Origin: Thermoplasmata archaeon
GTDB taxonomy: Archaea > Thermoplasmatota > Thermoplasmata > Lutacidiplasmatales > UBA184
Length of the DNA stretch: 64,000 nucleotides
Reading direction: 5' to 3'
NCBI GenBank assembly: GCA_028864975.1
Contig: JAGWLG010000005.1
Coordinates: forward strand, 69,515 to 133,514
Positions 17,352 to 27,239 of this stretch are shown here, in pieces. Numbering within the stretch: the first letter of the stretch is position 1; every line of letters starts with the position of its first letter. Made by a program: the position numbers and the translations under genes. The notes beneath the pieces were generated by a model. It was not told the DNA's origin, made no database searches, and saw nothing but the letters and a program-made list of their open reading frames with translations.

Positions 17352-20300
17352 TTGAAGGGTCGCTTTCCTCGAAGCAGCGTGCGGTGGTTGTCGAGATGCC
17401 CGGGCGGGCCCTTCCGATCCCTTGGCGGGGAGGCTTGGAGCGGAACCCTTGCATCGACGCCCCGGGGCTCCGAGCTCCGCATCGGCGTGCTCGCGGTGAT
17501 GCTGGTGCTCCTCTCCTCCTCGCTTCCCCTCGCCTTCTCCGCGGCCGACCACCCCGCGGTTCTGTCCCCGTCCTCCATCGGGAGCGCGGTCGGCTCGCCC
17601 CGAGGGAACGAGATCCAGGTTCCCGCGGTTCCCGAAGGGCTGCCCACCCCCTCCGCCCCGCCCGCGCCGCCCTCCCTTCCGCCTCCGCCCGTAGTGGGGT
17701 GGCCGACCCCGCGTGGACCGGCGACCGAGAACGGGAGCTCGACGGGATTCGCCCCTGAGGTCCCTTCCGCGGGCTCGCCCCCCAGCCTCCTGGGCGTTGC
17801 CGCGCTCGGCCGGGCGGCTAGCAATCTCACCGGCATGGCGGTCTCGCCCGGGGGCCCCCTCCTCCTCGCCCTGCGGAACGGCACCGTCGGGGCGTTCGGA
17901 GCGCAGGACCTGGCGCCGCTCTGGACCGCGAAGGCCCACGAACCCCTCGTCGCCGGCCCCACGACCGTCGGTGGCCTCGTCTACGCCATGGGAAGTTCCG
18001 GTCGGCTCTTCGCCTGGGACGTGGGGAGCGGAGTCCAGGTCTGGAACACCTCCCTCGGCGCCCCCGACCTTGGCGCCGCGCCCGTGCCCTACCAGGGGGA
18101 CCTCTTCGTCCTCACCCAGAAGAACCTCTCGGTGGTCAACGGCACGACCGGCGCGCTCCTCTTCGTCGGAGGGAACTCCTCCGCGGACCCCACGCACGCC
18201 CTCGCCGTCTCGGGAGGACTCCTCTACGCCCAAGCCGTAGGGGGTCTCGATGCCTTCACCGCCTTCGGTCGCCTCTGGAACTTCACCCCTCAGTTCTTCA
18301 CCCACGAAGGGGCACCTCTCTTCTCCGACGGCCTTGTGGCTGTCGCCGGTCCCTCGGGGAACCTCTCCGGAGGGCTCAACGGTCCCCACGTCTGGAAGGT
18401 CCGGCTCAACAGCGGGCACGCCCCCCTGCTTGAGGCCGCGGCCTCGAACGGTCGGATCTACGCTACGGACGGGGTCGGACCGCTCCACGCCCTGGAGGCT
18501 TCGTCGGGCAACTCCCTTTGGGAGACCTCCTTCTACACGGAGGGCCCCCCGACCGCGGTGGGGCAGCAGGTCTTCGTCGGCGCGAACCTGACGGCCCTGG
18601 GTGACGGCGTCGCCGCGGTCAACGCCACCACGGGGGCGCTGCTCTGGTTCTTCGAGACGGCGAAGCCGGTCAATTCGACCGTCGTGGTCGCGGACGGGGA
18701 CCTCTACGCCATGGACGAGAGCGGGAACTTGACGGCCCTCGGCTCCCCTCCCCTCCAGGTCTTCGCCTCCTCCAGCCCGACGGCCGACGCGGGCGTGGGG
18801 ACGCCCTTCACCTTCACCGCTTGGACGTCGGGCGGTGCAGGTTCTCCCCTCCAGTTCTCCTGGATGTTCTCGGACGGGGCCAAGAACGTGGGCAGCTCGG
18901 TCCAGCATGCGTTCAGTGTCGCGGGTCCGGCGTGGGCCCAGGTGATCGCCAGCGACCAGGAAGGTGCCTGGGCGGGTCCCTTCGTGGTCAACGTGACCGT
19001 GGACCCGGCGCTCACGGCGAAGCTCCAACTGAGCCCTTCGAGCGGGCCGGCCCCCTTCTGGACGAATGCCACCGTTACCGTCGCCGGAGGGCACGCGCCC
19101 TATTCGCTCTCTCTCCAGGTCCAAGGTACCCAGCCCGAGTGGTTGCACCCGGCCTCGCTCAACTCCGCGCTCAACTTCACGCTCCCCGGGACCGACTGGG
19201 TGACCGCGTCGGTCAACGACACCGTCGGGGACAGGACCCTCTTCGGCCCCGTCCAGGTCGTCGTGACCCCGGCGGCGTTCGCTCCGCCCTCCGTCCAGTT
19301 GGTCGCTCCCACTCCCGGCGCCCTCTGGGTGCTGTGGAACGCTCCGCCCGAACCGGGCTTCGAGGCGTGGGTCGTCAATGTTTCGATCGACCACGGCGCG
19401 GCCATGCAGAGCGTGCGCCTGGCGGCCACCAACGCTTCCTCCTACCTCTTCGGAGGCCTTTCGATGGACAGCCAGCTCTCCGTCCAGGTCGCGCGGGAGA
19501 CGAGCTTCGGCTGGTTCGCTTCCACCCCGATCAACACCACGACCGCCCTGGTGGCCCCCACGATCTCCGCCGCCGCGACCCCAGGGTTCCCGGGGCAGGC
19601 CACGCTCTCCTGGTCGCTCGCGGTCCCGATCGACCTTCACCAGGGCAACGCCACCTGGACGGTGAACATGAGCCTCCCCGGCAGCTCGGCGCCCACCTCC
19701 CTACCCGCGTCGGCCCCCGTCGACGGGATCGGCGAGTTCGTCGCTCCCGTCGTGCCCGACCTCGCCTCCACCGAGTTCCAACTGTATGTCCATACCTTCG
19801 ACGCCCATGCTCTGAGCCCTGCGGTCTCCTTCGCCCCTCTCCTCTCCCCGCCTACGCTCCAGGTCGTCGGCGGACCCCTCGGGCTCCACGTCTCGTGGAA
19901 CGCGGCATCCCTGCCGGAGTTCTCTTCCGTCCGGGTCTGCTATAGCACGGACCTCACCACGTGGTCCTGCCCGTTCAACGACCCCTCTCCCGTCAACACC
20001 TCGTGGGTCGTCGTCCCGAGGGCCGGCACCTACGATGTGAACGTGACCGCGGTCGCCGGCAACGGATTTGCGGCCTCCTCCACGGTCGTGGTCGCGACCG
20101 TCCTGCCGGGAACGACCGGGGCGATCTGGTATGCGACCCCCTTGGTGGGGGTCCCCTTCTGGTTCTGGGCCTTCTTCGTGCTCCTCGTGGTCGCCCTCTT
20201 CTGGGTCGGCTCGAGGCTGCTCCGCGAGCGTCGGGGCATCCCCCCCTATCTCGGGGAGGTCATGCCCTGGGACCCTCTCGCCCCCGACCTGGAACCCAAG

Positions 20301-20894
20301 GCGCGCCCGAAGGACCCGGAGACGCTGCGGGTCGCTCCCAAGATCCACCGCCATCGCGACTCTCACTCCCACCGGCATCCCTCGACGTCCGAGGAGGACG
20401 CTGAGAGCTCCTCGGGCCAGGTCGCTGTCGTGCGCCTGAAGAAGCCCTCGGGGGCTGCTCCGACCACGGCTTCGCGGCCAAGCCGCGCCACCGCGGCACC
20501 GGACGAAGAGGAAGGGTCGGAGGAGCAGGAGGCCGAAGAGGGGCCGGCGTCACCTCCCACCAAGCGGAGCGGGACCAAGGGCGCGGAACGTCCCGTCAAG
20601 ATCGAGCAGGTGGGGGAGGAGACCTCTTCTGCGGACGAGGAAGAGGATGAAGAGGAGCCCGGTCCTGACGAGCTCAAGAAGCTCCCCGTGGTGCTCCGAC
20701 ACCCGGAACCTCCGACGGAGGAGGTTGAGGGGGCCCATGGCCCCCGAAGCCCACCTTCCTCCCGCCACGTCGCGCCTTCCTCGGACAGGGAGACGGAGGA
20801 CGAAGAGGGGCCTCGGGCTCCCACCCCGAAGTCCGTCCCGCCCAAGCGTCCCGCACCCCGCCCGAAGTCCGAGGACGAGGAACCGACGCTCTGA
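17352..20894 (+). CDS. Surface protein: PQQ-like beta-propeller, PKD, FN3-like domains, TM, long acidic tail (start uncertain)
   Basis: Repeated W-terminated propeller blades (LFAWDVGSGVQVWN, ALEASSGNSLWE, NATTGALLWFF); FSWMFSDG; TM FWFWAFFVLLVVALFWVG; E/P-rich tail. Confidence 0.85.
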   Translation: MKGRFPRSSVRWLSRCPGGPFRSLGGEAWSGTLASTPRGSELRIGVLAVMLVLLSSSLPLAFSAADHPAVLSPSSIGSAVGSPRGNEIQVPAVPEGLPTPSAPPAPPSLPPPPVVGWPTPRGPATENGSSTGFAPEVPSAGSPPSLLGVAALGRAASNLTGMAVSPGGPLLLALRNGTVGAFGAQDLAPLWTAKAHEPLVAGPTTVGGLVYAMGSSGRLFAWDVGSGVQVWNTSLGAPDLGAAPVPYQGDLFVLTQKNLSVVNGTTGALLFVGGNSSADPTHALAVSGGLLYAQAVGGLDAFTAFGRLWNFTPQFFTHEGAPLFSDGLVAVAGPSGNLSGGLNGPHVWKVRLNSGHAPLLEAAASNGRIYATDGVGPLHALEASSGNSLWETSFYTEGPPTAVGQQVFVGANLTALGDGVAAVNATTGALLWFFETAKPVNSTVVVADGDLYAMDESGNLTALGSPPLQVFASSSPTADAGVGTPFTFTAWTSGGAGSPLQFSWMFSDGAKNVGSSVQHAFSVAGPAWAQVIASDQEGAWAGPFVVNVTVDPALTAKLQLSPSSGPAPFWTNATVTVAGGHAPYSLSLQVQGTQPEWLHPASLNSALNFTLPGTDWVTASVNDTVGDRTLFGPVQVVVTPAAFAPPSVQLVAPTPGALWVLWNAPPEPGFEAWVVNVSIDHGAAMQSVRLAATNASSYLFGGLSMDSQLSVQVARETSFGWFASTPINTTTALVAPTISAAATPGFPGQATLSWSLAVPIDLHQGNATWTVNMSLPGSSAPTSLPASAPVDGIGEFVAPVVPDLASTEFQLYVHTFDAHALSPAVSFAPLLSPPTLQVVGGPLGLHVSWNAASLPEFSSVRVCYSTDLTTWSCPFNDPSPVNTSWVVVPRAGTYDVNVTAVAGNGFAASSTVVVATVLPGTTGAIWYATPLVGVPFWFWAFFVLLVVALFWVGSRLLRERRGIPPYLGEVMPWDPLAPDLEPKARPKDPETLRVAPKIHRHRDSHSHRHPSTSEEDAESSSGQVAVVRLKKPSGAAPTTASRPSRATAAPDEEEGSEEQEAEEGPASPPTKRSGTKGAERPVKIEQVGEETSSADEEEDEEEPGPDELKKLPVVLRHPEPPTEEVEGAHGPRSPPSSRHVAPSSDRETEDEEGPRAPTPKSVPPKRPAPRPKSEDEEPTL

Positions 20895-20944
20895 AGGGTC
20901 GGTCGTGCTCCGTTTCGGTAGTCGGGCCAGCATCCCTGTAGCGC

Positions 20945-20950
20945 TATATA
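20945..20950 (+). promoter_or_regulatory. TATA box of phoU, probably a leaderless transcript
   Basis: TATATA in GC-rich context, 24 nt before the ATG at 20975. Confidence 0.6.
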
Positions 20951-20974
20951 GAACACGTCGGTCGAACGGGGTCG

Positions 20975-22090
20975 ATGCGGACCCCCGGGGGGTACGAGGG
21001 ACGGCGGATCCAGCGGACGGGCGGTAGCACCTTCATCGTGTCGCTCCCGAAGACCTGGGTGACGTCCCGGGGCCTCGTCGCGGGGGACGTGCTGCTCTTC
21101 GCGCCCCGTCCCGACGGGTCGCTCACCCTCTACACGCCCGAAGGCAGCACGAGCGAACCGGCCCGTCGTTCGATCACGGTCTCGAACGACATGGACCGGG
21201 ACCATCTTTTCCGTCTCCTCGTCGCCGAGTACATCGCCGGGGCGACGCTCCTCGAGGTGAGGACCCCCGGGAGGATGAGCGCCGAGACGCGAGAGGTGGT
21301 CCGGGACTTCGCCCAGCACATGATCGGTCCCGAGATCCTAGAGGAGTCCGCGGAAGCGGTCGTTCTCCAAGATGTCGTGGGCGCGAACCCGCTCCCGCTC
21401 CCTTCCGTCATCCGCCGTATGCATCACATGGTCCGTGCGATGCACGCGGATGCCATGACCGCCTTCTCCACCCACGACACCGCGATCGCCCAAGACGTCC
21501 AGGCCCGCGACTGGGAAGTGGACCGTCTCCATTGGTTCGTCCAGAAACAGGTCGCGGTCGCCCTTCGCGACCAGCGGCACCTGGCGTCCCTCGGCCTCAC
21601 GCTCCCCGAATGCTCGACCCTGCTCCAGGCCTCGCGCGTCTTGGAGAGGATCGCGGACCACGCCGTCCGTGTGGCCGAAGTGACGGACCTGGTCGGCGCG
21701 ACCCCGGTGCCCCGGCCTCAGGTCGAGGAGCTGGTCCGTCTGTCGGAGACCGCGCGGCGTTTGCTCGACACGGCCGTCGAAACGCTCTTCTCCGGTGATG
21801 CCCGAGGGGCGAACAGCATCCTCGACGACTCCGAACGGCTCGTCCAGCACCGAAGGAAGCTCCTGGACAACTTCTTCTCACGGCCCGGACGCGTGGCGGT
21901 CGCCCTCGCCTACGTCCTGGAGAGCCTCGAGCGCACCTCGCTCTATGCGAGCGACCTCGCCGAGATCGCGATCAACCACGCCGTGGAGCGGCAGCTCCTC
22001 GAGTCGACTTCCAAGCCCGTCGCTCCCCGCTCCGTCGCCCGGACCGCGGCATCTGCGAAGGACTCCGCCGTCGCGCCTCCGCGGGCGTGA
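20975..22090 (+). CDS. phoU: Archaeal phosphate-uptake regulator: AbrB N-domain plus PhoU domains
   Basis: RRIQRTGGSTFIVSLPKTWV (AbrB-like); DWEVDRLHWF, SRVLERIADHA, ESLERTSLYASDLAEIAIN. Confidence 0.9.
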   Translation: MRTPGGYEGRRIQRTGGSTFIVSLPKTWVTSRGLVAGDVLLFAPRPDGSLTLYTPEGSTSEPARRSITVSNDMDRDHLFRLLVAEYIAGATLLEVRTPGRMSAETREVVRDFAQHMIGPEILEESAEAVVLQDVVGANPLPLPSVIRRMHHMVRAMHADAMTAFSTHDTAIAQDVQARDWEVDRLHWFVQKQVAVALRDQRHLASLGLTLPECSTLLQASRVLERIADHAVRVAEVTDLVGATPVPRPQVEELVRLSETARRLLDTAVETLFSGDARGANSILDDSERLVQHRRKLLDNFFSRPGRVAVALAYVLESLERTSLYASDLAEIAINHAVERQLLESTSKPVAPRSVARTAASAKDSAVAPPRA

Positions 22091-22161
22091 GAGGCCACGA
22101 GGCGATCCTCGGCCCTACGGGCGGTGCCCGCAAAGCTTTGTGGAGGAGCTCTTCCGGTCCT

Positions 22162-24108
22162 ATGATGCGAACGGCGGCGATCGGTTCAGCGGGGGCCGTC
22201 CGCCTCGTCGCCGCCGCCTTGGTGGTCTCCTCCCTTCTCCTCACTCCCTCGTATTCCTCCGTCCCGCAAGGAACCGGGCCGATGGCGACCCACGCCTCGG
22301 TCGCACCGAGCTTGGCTAGGATGCCCGGTACTCCCACGGCCCAGGTGCCGAACGCCCCCCATCTTCCGTCTCAGGCCTGCCCCGTTTCCTTGCCGTTACG
22401 GAGCGCGCTGGGGCTCGGCGCAGATCACCTGTCCGGACCCGGTTCGGTCCCCTTCGGGGGAGCCGGGGGCCTCTCGGCTCACAGCGTGGACCCCCTGGCC
22501 GTCCCGAACAACGGTTTCGAGTACAACGTGACGGCGTACAGGATGCCCACGACCGGGATGGGCACCCTCCTGCTCTCTGAACAGGAGGAGATCGCCGGGG
22601 TCGGGGGACTCGCCTCGCAGGACCTTCTGATGGGGTACATCTCGAACAGCTCGTTCACGGGACCCGGGGAGGTGCCGTTCTGGGCGGTGGTGGACAATGC
22701 TACCGGGCACATCGTGAACTGCGGGTACACCGTCAGCACGCCCAACGCCGGCGCGACCTACCCGTTCCAAGCCCTCTACGTGGCCAACCGGACCTGGGAG
22801 GTCCTGTACCATGGGAACGCCTTCGCGGGATCGGACAATATCACGCTCAACGGCACGGAGGCGACCTGGACCGGGAGCCTGGGGGTCGTGACGTATGCGG
22901 CGTGGAACGGCACGTCCCCGTGGGTACCCTCTCTCATCTCGGTGCCGAGCAGCATGCACGTGCGTCAAGGGAACCGCTGGTACCTTCCCCATCCCGTCGC
23001 GGCCAGCTGGAATGGCACCGCGCTCCCCTCCTGGGGAGAAGCGGGGACCGTCCAACGCGGGTACCTCGCCCCCGGGGCCTTGGATGTGGGGACCTCCGTC
23101 GCGACCGTGACCAACGGGACCGAGCTCTGGACCAGCGCGTCGCCGACCCCCCTCACCGTCTCCGTGAGCGCCAACGCCACCCACGTCGTGGGGGGCTCGA
23201 CGGTGGCCCTCACGGTGACCGCCCTCGCTTCGAACGTGGCGATCCCTGGGCTCAATGTCTCGATGACGAGCAACGCGGTGGGGGGAGCCTTCTCACCCGC
23301 CCTTCCCTGGAGGTTGAACGCGACCGGCGTGGCCCGGGGGAACTACACCTCCCCGCTGGTCTCCTCCTCGACCTCCGTGACGCTCACGGCCTACGTGGGG
23401 AACGGTCAGTTCCAGGGGTCGGGGAGCGCCCCTACCCTCACCGTCTCCCCCACCTCGCTCACCGTGTCGGTCCTCCTCTCCTCGTTCTCGGTCGCTCCGG
23501 GGGGTAGCGTGAACGTGACGGTCGTCGTCGACCACGCGGGGCAAGGGGTCGAGGGGGTCAACCTCAGCTTCTCGGCCAGCGTGGGCGGCGGGGTCTTCAC
23601 GCCCGCCGCACCGTGGATGACCGCTCGGGGAGGGTTCGCGAACGGTTCGTACCTGGCCCCCGCGGCCCCGGGACCGGTCGCCCTGACGTTCACGGTGGAG
23701 TTCCTGGGGTTCAGCGGAAGCACCACCGCCCACCTCAACGTGACGGGATCCTCCTCGCCCACCCCCTCGGCCTGGTCGGAGACCTCGGTCATCGTGATCG
23801 ACGCCGTTCTCGCCGTGGTCCTCTTGGGGTTGGCCCTCGCCTATCTTAGGGCCCGGACCCCCCGTACCCCCGAGAGCGAAGAGGAGATCGACGAGGACTG
23901 GGACGACGATATCAGCGCTACGAAGAGTGCCGAGGAGCCTCCCCTGCTCCCCGACGACACCCCGTCGGCATCCGAGGTCGAGCCCGCCCCGGTGGGGGGC
24001 CCGACCTGCCCCGCGTGCGACGCGCCGCTGGGGTCCGAAGCGAGGCGCTTCTGCCCGAAGTGCGGCACGCCCCTATCGACCGCCGAGCGCGGCGGCCCCA
24101 AGACGTAG
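22162..24108 (+). CDS. Surface protein: unassigned N-domain, two Ig-like domains, TM, C-terminal double zinc ribbon
   Basis: Signal peptide from ATG 22162; TM VIVIDAVLAVVLLGLALAYL; CPACDAPL...RFCPKCGTPL. Confidence 0.8.
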   Translation: MMRTAAIGSAGAVRLVAAALVVSSLLLTPSYSSVPQGTGPMATHASVAPSLARMPGTPTAQVPNAPHLPSQACPVSLPLRSALGLGADHLSGPGSVPFGGAGGLSAHSVDPLAVPNNGFEYNVTAYRMPTTGMGTLLLSEQEEIAGVGGLASQDLLMGYISNSSFTGPGEVPFWAVVDNATGHIVNCGYTVSTPNAGATYPFQALYVANRTWEVLYHGNAFAGSDNITLNGTEATWTGSLGVVTYAAWNGTSPWVPSLISVPSSMHVRQGNRWYLPHPVAASWNGTALPSWGEAGTVQRGYLAPGALDVGTSVATVTNGTELWTSASPTPLTVSVSANATHVVGGSTVALTVTALASNVAIPGLNVSMTSNAVGGAFSPALPWRLNATGVARGNYTSPLVSSSTSVTLTAYVGNGQFQGSGSAPTLTVSPTSLTVSVLLSSFSVAPGGSVNVTVVVDHAGQGVEGVNLSFSASVGGGVFTPAAPWMTARGGFANGSYLAPAAPGPVALTFTVEFLGFSGSTTAHLNVTGSSSPTPSAWSETSVIVIDAVLAVVLLGLALAYLRARTPRTPESEEEIDEDWDDDISATKSAEEPPLLPDDTPSASEVEPAPVGGPTCPACDAPLGSEARRFCPKCGTPLSTAERGGPKT

Positions 24109-24130
24109 GGCACTTGTGGGTGTGAGGCGC

Positions 24131-24568
24131 TCAGCGCCCCGCTGAGGAACGGCGGCAGGCAGGGCAGTACCCCGTGAAGCTCACGGCGAGGGCCCGGACC
24201 TCCCAGCCCTCGGGAGACGTGATCGCGACCTCGGCGAGTTCCTTGCGGGGCCCTTCGGGAATGGTCCACCGGACGATCCGTCCGCACCCTTCGCAAACCA
24301 GGTGACCGGTGGGAACGAATGATGACACCGAGACGACTCGCACCTCGGGTGGCTTTTCGGGGGTCTCCGGCCGGACCGGCCCTTCGACCAGGTCGGAAGG
24401 ATCGCTCGCCTCTACCTGCGGGATCCCGAGCGAAGCACGCAGGACCTGACCCAAATTCGTCTCGTTGGGGGTGGCCGGGACCGGCAAGTGCGAACGGGAC
24501 ACGCCTGACCGGGAGGACGCGCGCTTGCGACCGGGGGAGCGCGAGGTTCCTCGGGCCTTTTTCGGCAT
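24131..24568 (-). CDS. Fur-family-like C-terminal metal/dimerisation domain with a basic disordered N-terminus
   Basis: HLVCEGCGRI and FTGYCPAC. TATAAC on the minus strand about 24 nt upstream of the ATG. Confidence 0.65.
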   Translation of the reverse strand: MPKKARGTSRSPGRKRASSRSGVSRSHLPVPATPNETNLGQVLRASLGIPQVEASDPSDLVEGPVRPETPEKPPEVRVVSVSSFVPTGHLVCEGCGRIVRWTIPEGPRKELAEVAITSPEGWEVRALAVSFTGYCPACRRSSAGR

Positions 24569-24679
24569 GACCGACCATCGGATGTGGTGGGTTATAGACC
24601 TGTCAGGGGCGGGAACGCGACCCCATAGGCCCGTCGGGGAACTCGCGTTCGCGCCTGGCCCTCTCCCGGTCTTCTCTCC

Positions 24680-25468
24680 TTACTCAGAGGCAGGGATGAG
24701 GGGTACGTGGAGGATGGCCATCACGGCGAGACCGAAGCAGCTCAACCCAACGAACAGCGGGACCACGATCGCGTCGACCAGCGTGAGCGAGGTGGCGTAG
24801 TTCGCGAGGGGGCCGTACGAGACCCAGAAGGAAGGGATCGAGAGCAAGTAGTGCATCACCGTCAGGTCGGGAACCACTCCGGGGAGGTTCCCCAGCAGGA
24901 ACTCCCAGAAGAACGCGTAGACCAGTCCCACCAGCAGGGCCCTTCGGGTCAGAAGTCCTAGGAGGAGGTAGAACGCGCCGTAGGCGATCAGACCGAGCGT
25001 CGTGGAGACGAGCAGGGAAGGGAGGACCCCCGCGAGGTCCGTCGAGCTCTGGGGCGCGCCCAAAGCCACGATGCCGTAGGTGACCAGCACGGAAGGGAGC
25101 AGGAACACCGTCCCCAGGAGCAGATAGCCCACGTACTTCCCCAGGACCACCGCGGGCTTGCCGAGGGTCCGCGTCACGAGGTAACCCATGCTCTGCTCGT
25201 CGATCTCCTCCCGGAGGAGCGGCACGGCGAGCAGGAGCGCGACCAGGAGAAGGACCAGAGGGAGGAAGAGCTGAACGACAAGGACCTCGTAGACCGAGAC
25301 CAGCGCGCTCCCTTGCGTTCCGTCCGCCAGAAGACCTCCCACGAGGACCGACGGGAAGAAGGCGAGCAGCAGGAGCCCGAGCGCCCTCCAGCTCTTCGCC
25401 GTGGCGAGGAACGTGGTCCGAGCGAGGACCCAGGTGGGCCAGAGAGGAAAGATCGTCCCCGCCTTCAT
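24680..25468 (-). CDS. ABC-2 type transporter permease
   Basis: About 6 TM segments; LLREEIDEQSMGYLVTRTLGKPAVVLGKY. ATGA overlap with the upstream ATPase. Confidence 0.85.
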   Translation of the reverse strand: MKAGTIFPLWPTWVLARTTFLATAKSWRALGLLLLAFFPSVLVGGLLADGTQGSALVSVYEVLVVQLFLPLVLLLVALLLAVPLLREEIDEQSMGYLVTRTLGKPAVVLGKYVGYLLLGTVFLLPSVLVTYGIVALGAPQSSTDLAGVLPSLLVSTTLGLIAYGAFYLLLGLLTRRALLVGLVYAFFWEFLLGNLPGVVPDLTVMHYLLSIPSFWVSYGPLANYATSLTLVDAIVVPLFVGLSCFGLAVMAILHVPLIPASE

Positions 25469-26397
25469 GGGGTCCCCTTCGACAAGTAGCGGAAGACGGC
25501 CTCCAGGCTGTCGTCCAGGCTGCGGACGCCCGTGATCGAGATCCCGTCCTGGAGCGCCAGGCCCGGGAGGTCGTCGAAGAAGCTGTTCGGGGAAGAGGTG
25601 AGGACCGTGACCCGGTCCGGCCCACTGAACTGGAGGCTGAAGACGTCCGGGCGCTCAGCGAGGACCCGCGCGAGCGGTCGGGGCGTGGAGGTCTCGAGCT
25701 CGATCGCGTGGGGGTGCTGGTCCAAGAGCTCCCGGATCCGATGAAGGTCACCCTGCGCGAGCGCCTGCCCGTTCGCGATCATCACGATGTTGTCCGTGAG
25801 CCGCTCGACCTCGTGGAGCACGTGCGAACTGATGATCAGGTGATGTCCCGAGGTCGCGAGCTCCCGAAAGAGCTGGAGGAGGCGTGCCCGCCCGACGGGG
25901 TCCGTGCCGTTGAGCGGCTCGTCCAGAAGCAGGACCTTCGGGTCGTGGGCGATCGCCTGGGCCATCTTCACGCGCTGTCGCATCCCCTTGCTGAACGTGC
26001 GGATCTGTCGGTCCTTGACCGAGAGAAGTTCCACGGTCGCGAGGGCGGCCAGGGTCTTCTCCTGCGCTTCCACCGGCGTGAAACCGTCGAACTCGAGGAG
26101 GGTACGAACGAACTCCTGGGGGGTCATCCAGCCGTAGAGCCCCCCATGGTCCGGGCAGTACCCCAGGTCGCGGTTCCGCTCCGGATGGTTCCACACCGGC
26201 CCGCCCAGCAGCGTCATGCTGCCCGCATCGAGCGGAAGAAGGCCGGCGAGAACTCGGAAGAAGGTGGACTTTCCTGCGCCGTTCGGTCCGACGAGCCCGG
26301 TGATCCCCGGGGGGAAGCTGGCCGTGAAGCGGTTGAGCCCGAGGACCTCCTTGTAGCGACGGGTCGCTTCGTGCGCTTCCACGACCGCGGGGCACAT
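25465..26397 (-). CDS. ABC transporter ATP-binding protein
   Basis: GPNGAGKST, FSKGMRQR, LLLDEPLNGTD, SSHVL. Confidence 0.92.
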   Translation of the reverse strand: MCPAVVEAHEATRRYKEVLGLNRFTASFPPGITGLVGPNGAGKSTFFRVLAGLLPLDAGSMTLLGGPVWNHPERNRDLGYCPDHGGLYGWMTPQEFVRTLLEFDGFTPVEAQEKTLAALATVELLSVKDRQIRTFSKGMRQRVKMAQAIAHDPKVLLLDEPLNGTDPVGRARLLQLFRELATSGHHLIISSHVLHEVERLTDNIVMIANGQALAQGDLHRIRELLDQHPHAIELETSTPRPLARVLAERPDVFSLQFSGPDRVTVLTSSPNSFFDDLPGLALQDGISITGVRSLDDSLEAVFRYLSKGTP

Positions 26398-27239
26398 CAG
26401 TCCGTGACCACCTCCAGGCGACTCAGACGGAGATAGGCGAGCACGAACAGCACCGGGATGAGCACTAGCAGGACCGTGAGGGCCACCAACGGGTCGATCG
26501 TGCTCCCGGGGGTAGTGCTCACGTTGAACCCCGCGCGGGCCACGGCGAGTACGTCCTCCCAGGGCGACAGGTACTCGAAGGAGAGGTCGCGTGTCGCACC
26601 GGCGAGAATGAGGGAAACGATCTCGACGGAGAAGAGGAGCGCGAAGATGCCGGCGCCGGAGAAGCTCTTCCGGTCGGTCAGCGTGGACAGGAGGACCGCG
26701 ACCCCGGTGAAGGTGAGGACGGTCAGCGCCCCCACACCGAGGAACACCGCGGCCGCCTCGGCGGCCACGGTCGCGGTCACGTAGCCCAAGAGTCCGACGA
26801 TGAGGGCCGTCAGGAGGCCCGGGAGGATGGCCAGGAGCGCGAGGAGCAACCCCACGACCGCGCTCTTGCCCACCAGGTAGTCGAGGATGGTGATGGGGCG
26901 GGAGAGGTAGAGGCTGATCGCCTTCGATCGCAGGTCATCGGCGACGATCCCCGCTCCGACCATGGTGCTCATCAGCATCGTGAAGATGAGCAGGACCGGG
27001 CTCTCGTAGGCCTGGTAGAACGAGCTGAGTTGGGGGCCCTGCAGAAGGCCGAAGCTCGCGAAGATCTCGGTGAGCAAGAGCGGCACGAAGGTCGCGGTGA
27101 ACCCGAAGCCGACCAGAAGGAGGGGGCCCGTCCTGAGCCCGCGCAAGCGGGTGTTCTCCGCAAAGATGGTCCACACCCGTTCCACGCGAGAACGGGTCGC
27201 GTGATCGAACAGGGCGTAACGGGGCTGCGCGATCGTCAC
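26397..27239 (-). CDS. ABC-2 type transporter permease
   Basis: GIVADDLRSKAISLYLSRPITILDYLVGK, multiple TM segments. GTG start at 27239 overlaps the upstream TGA. Confidence 0.85.
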   Translation of the reverse strand: MTIAQPRYALFDHATRSRVERVWTIFAENTRLRGLRTGPLLLVGFGFTATFVPLLLTEIFASFGLLQGPQLSSFYQAYESPVLLIFTMLMSTMVGAGIVADDLRSKAISLYLSRPITILDYLVGKSAVVGLLLALLAILPGLLTALIVGLLGYVTATVAAEAAAVFLGVGALTVLTFTGVAVLLSTLTDRKSFSGAGIFALLFSVEIVSLILAGATRDLSFEYLSPWEDVLAVARAGFNVSTTPGSTIDPLVALTVLLVLIPVLFVLAYLRLSRLEVVTD

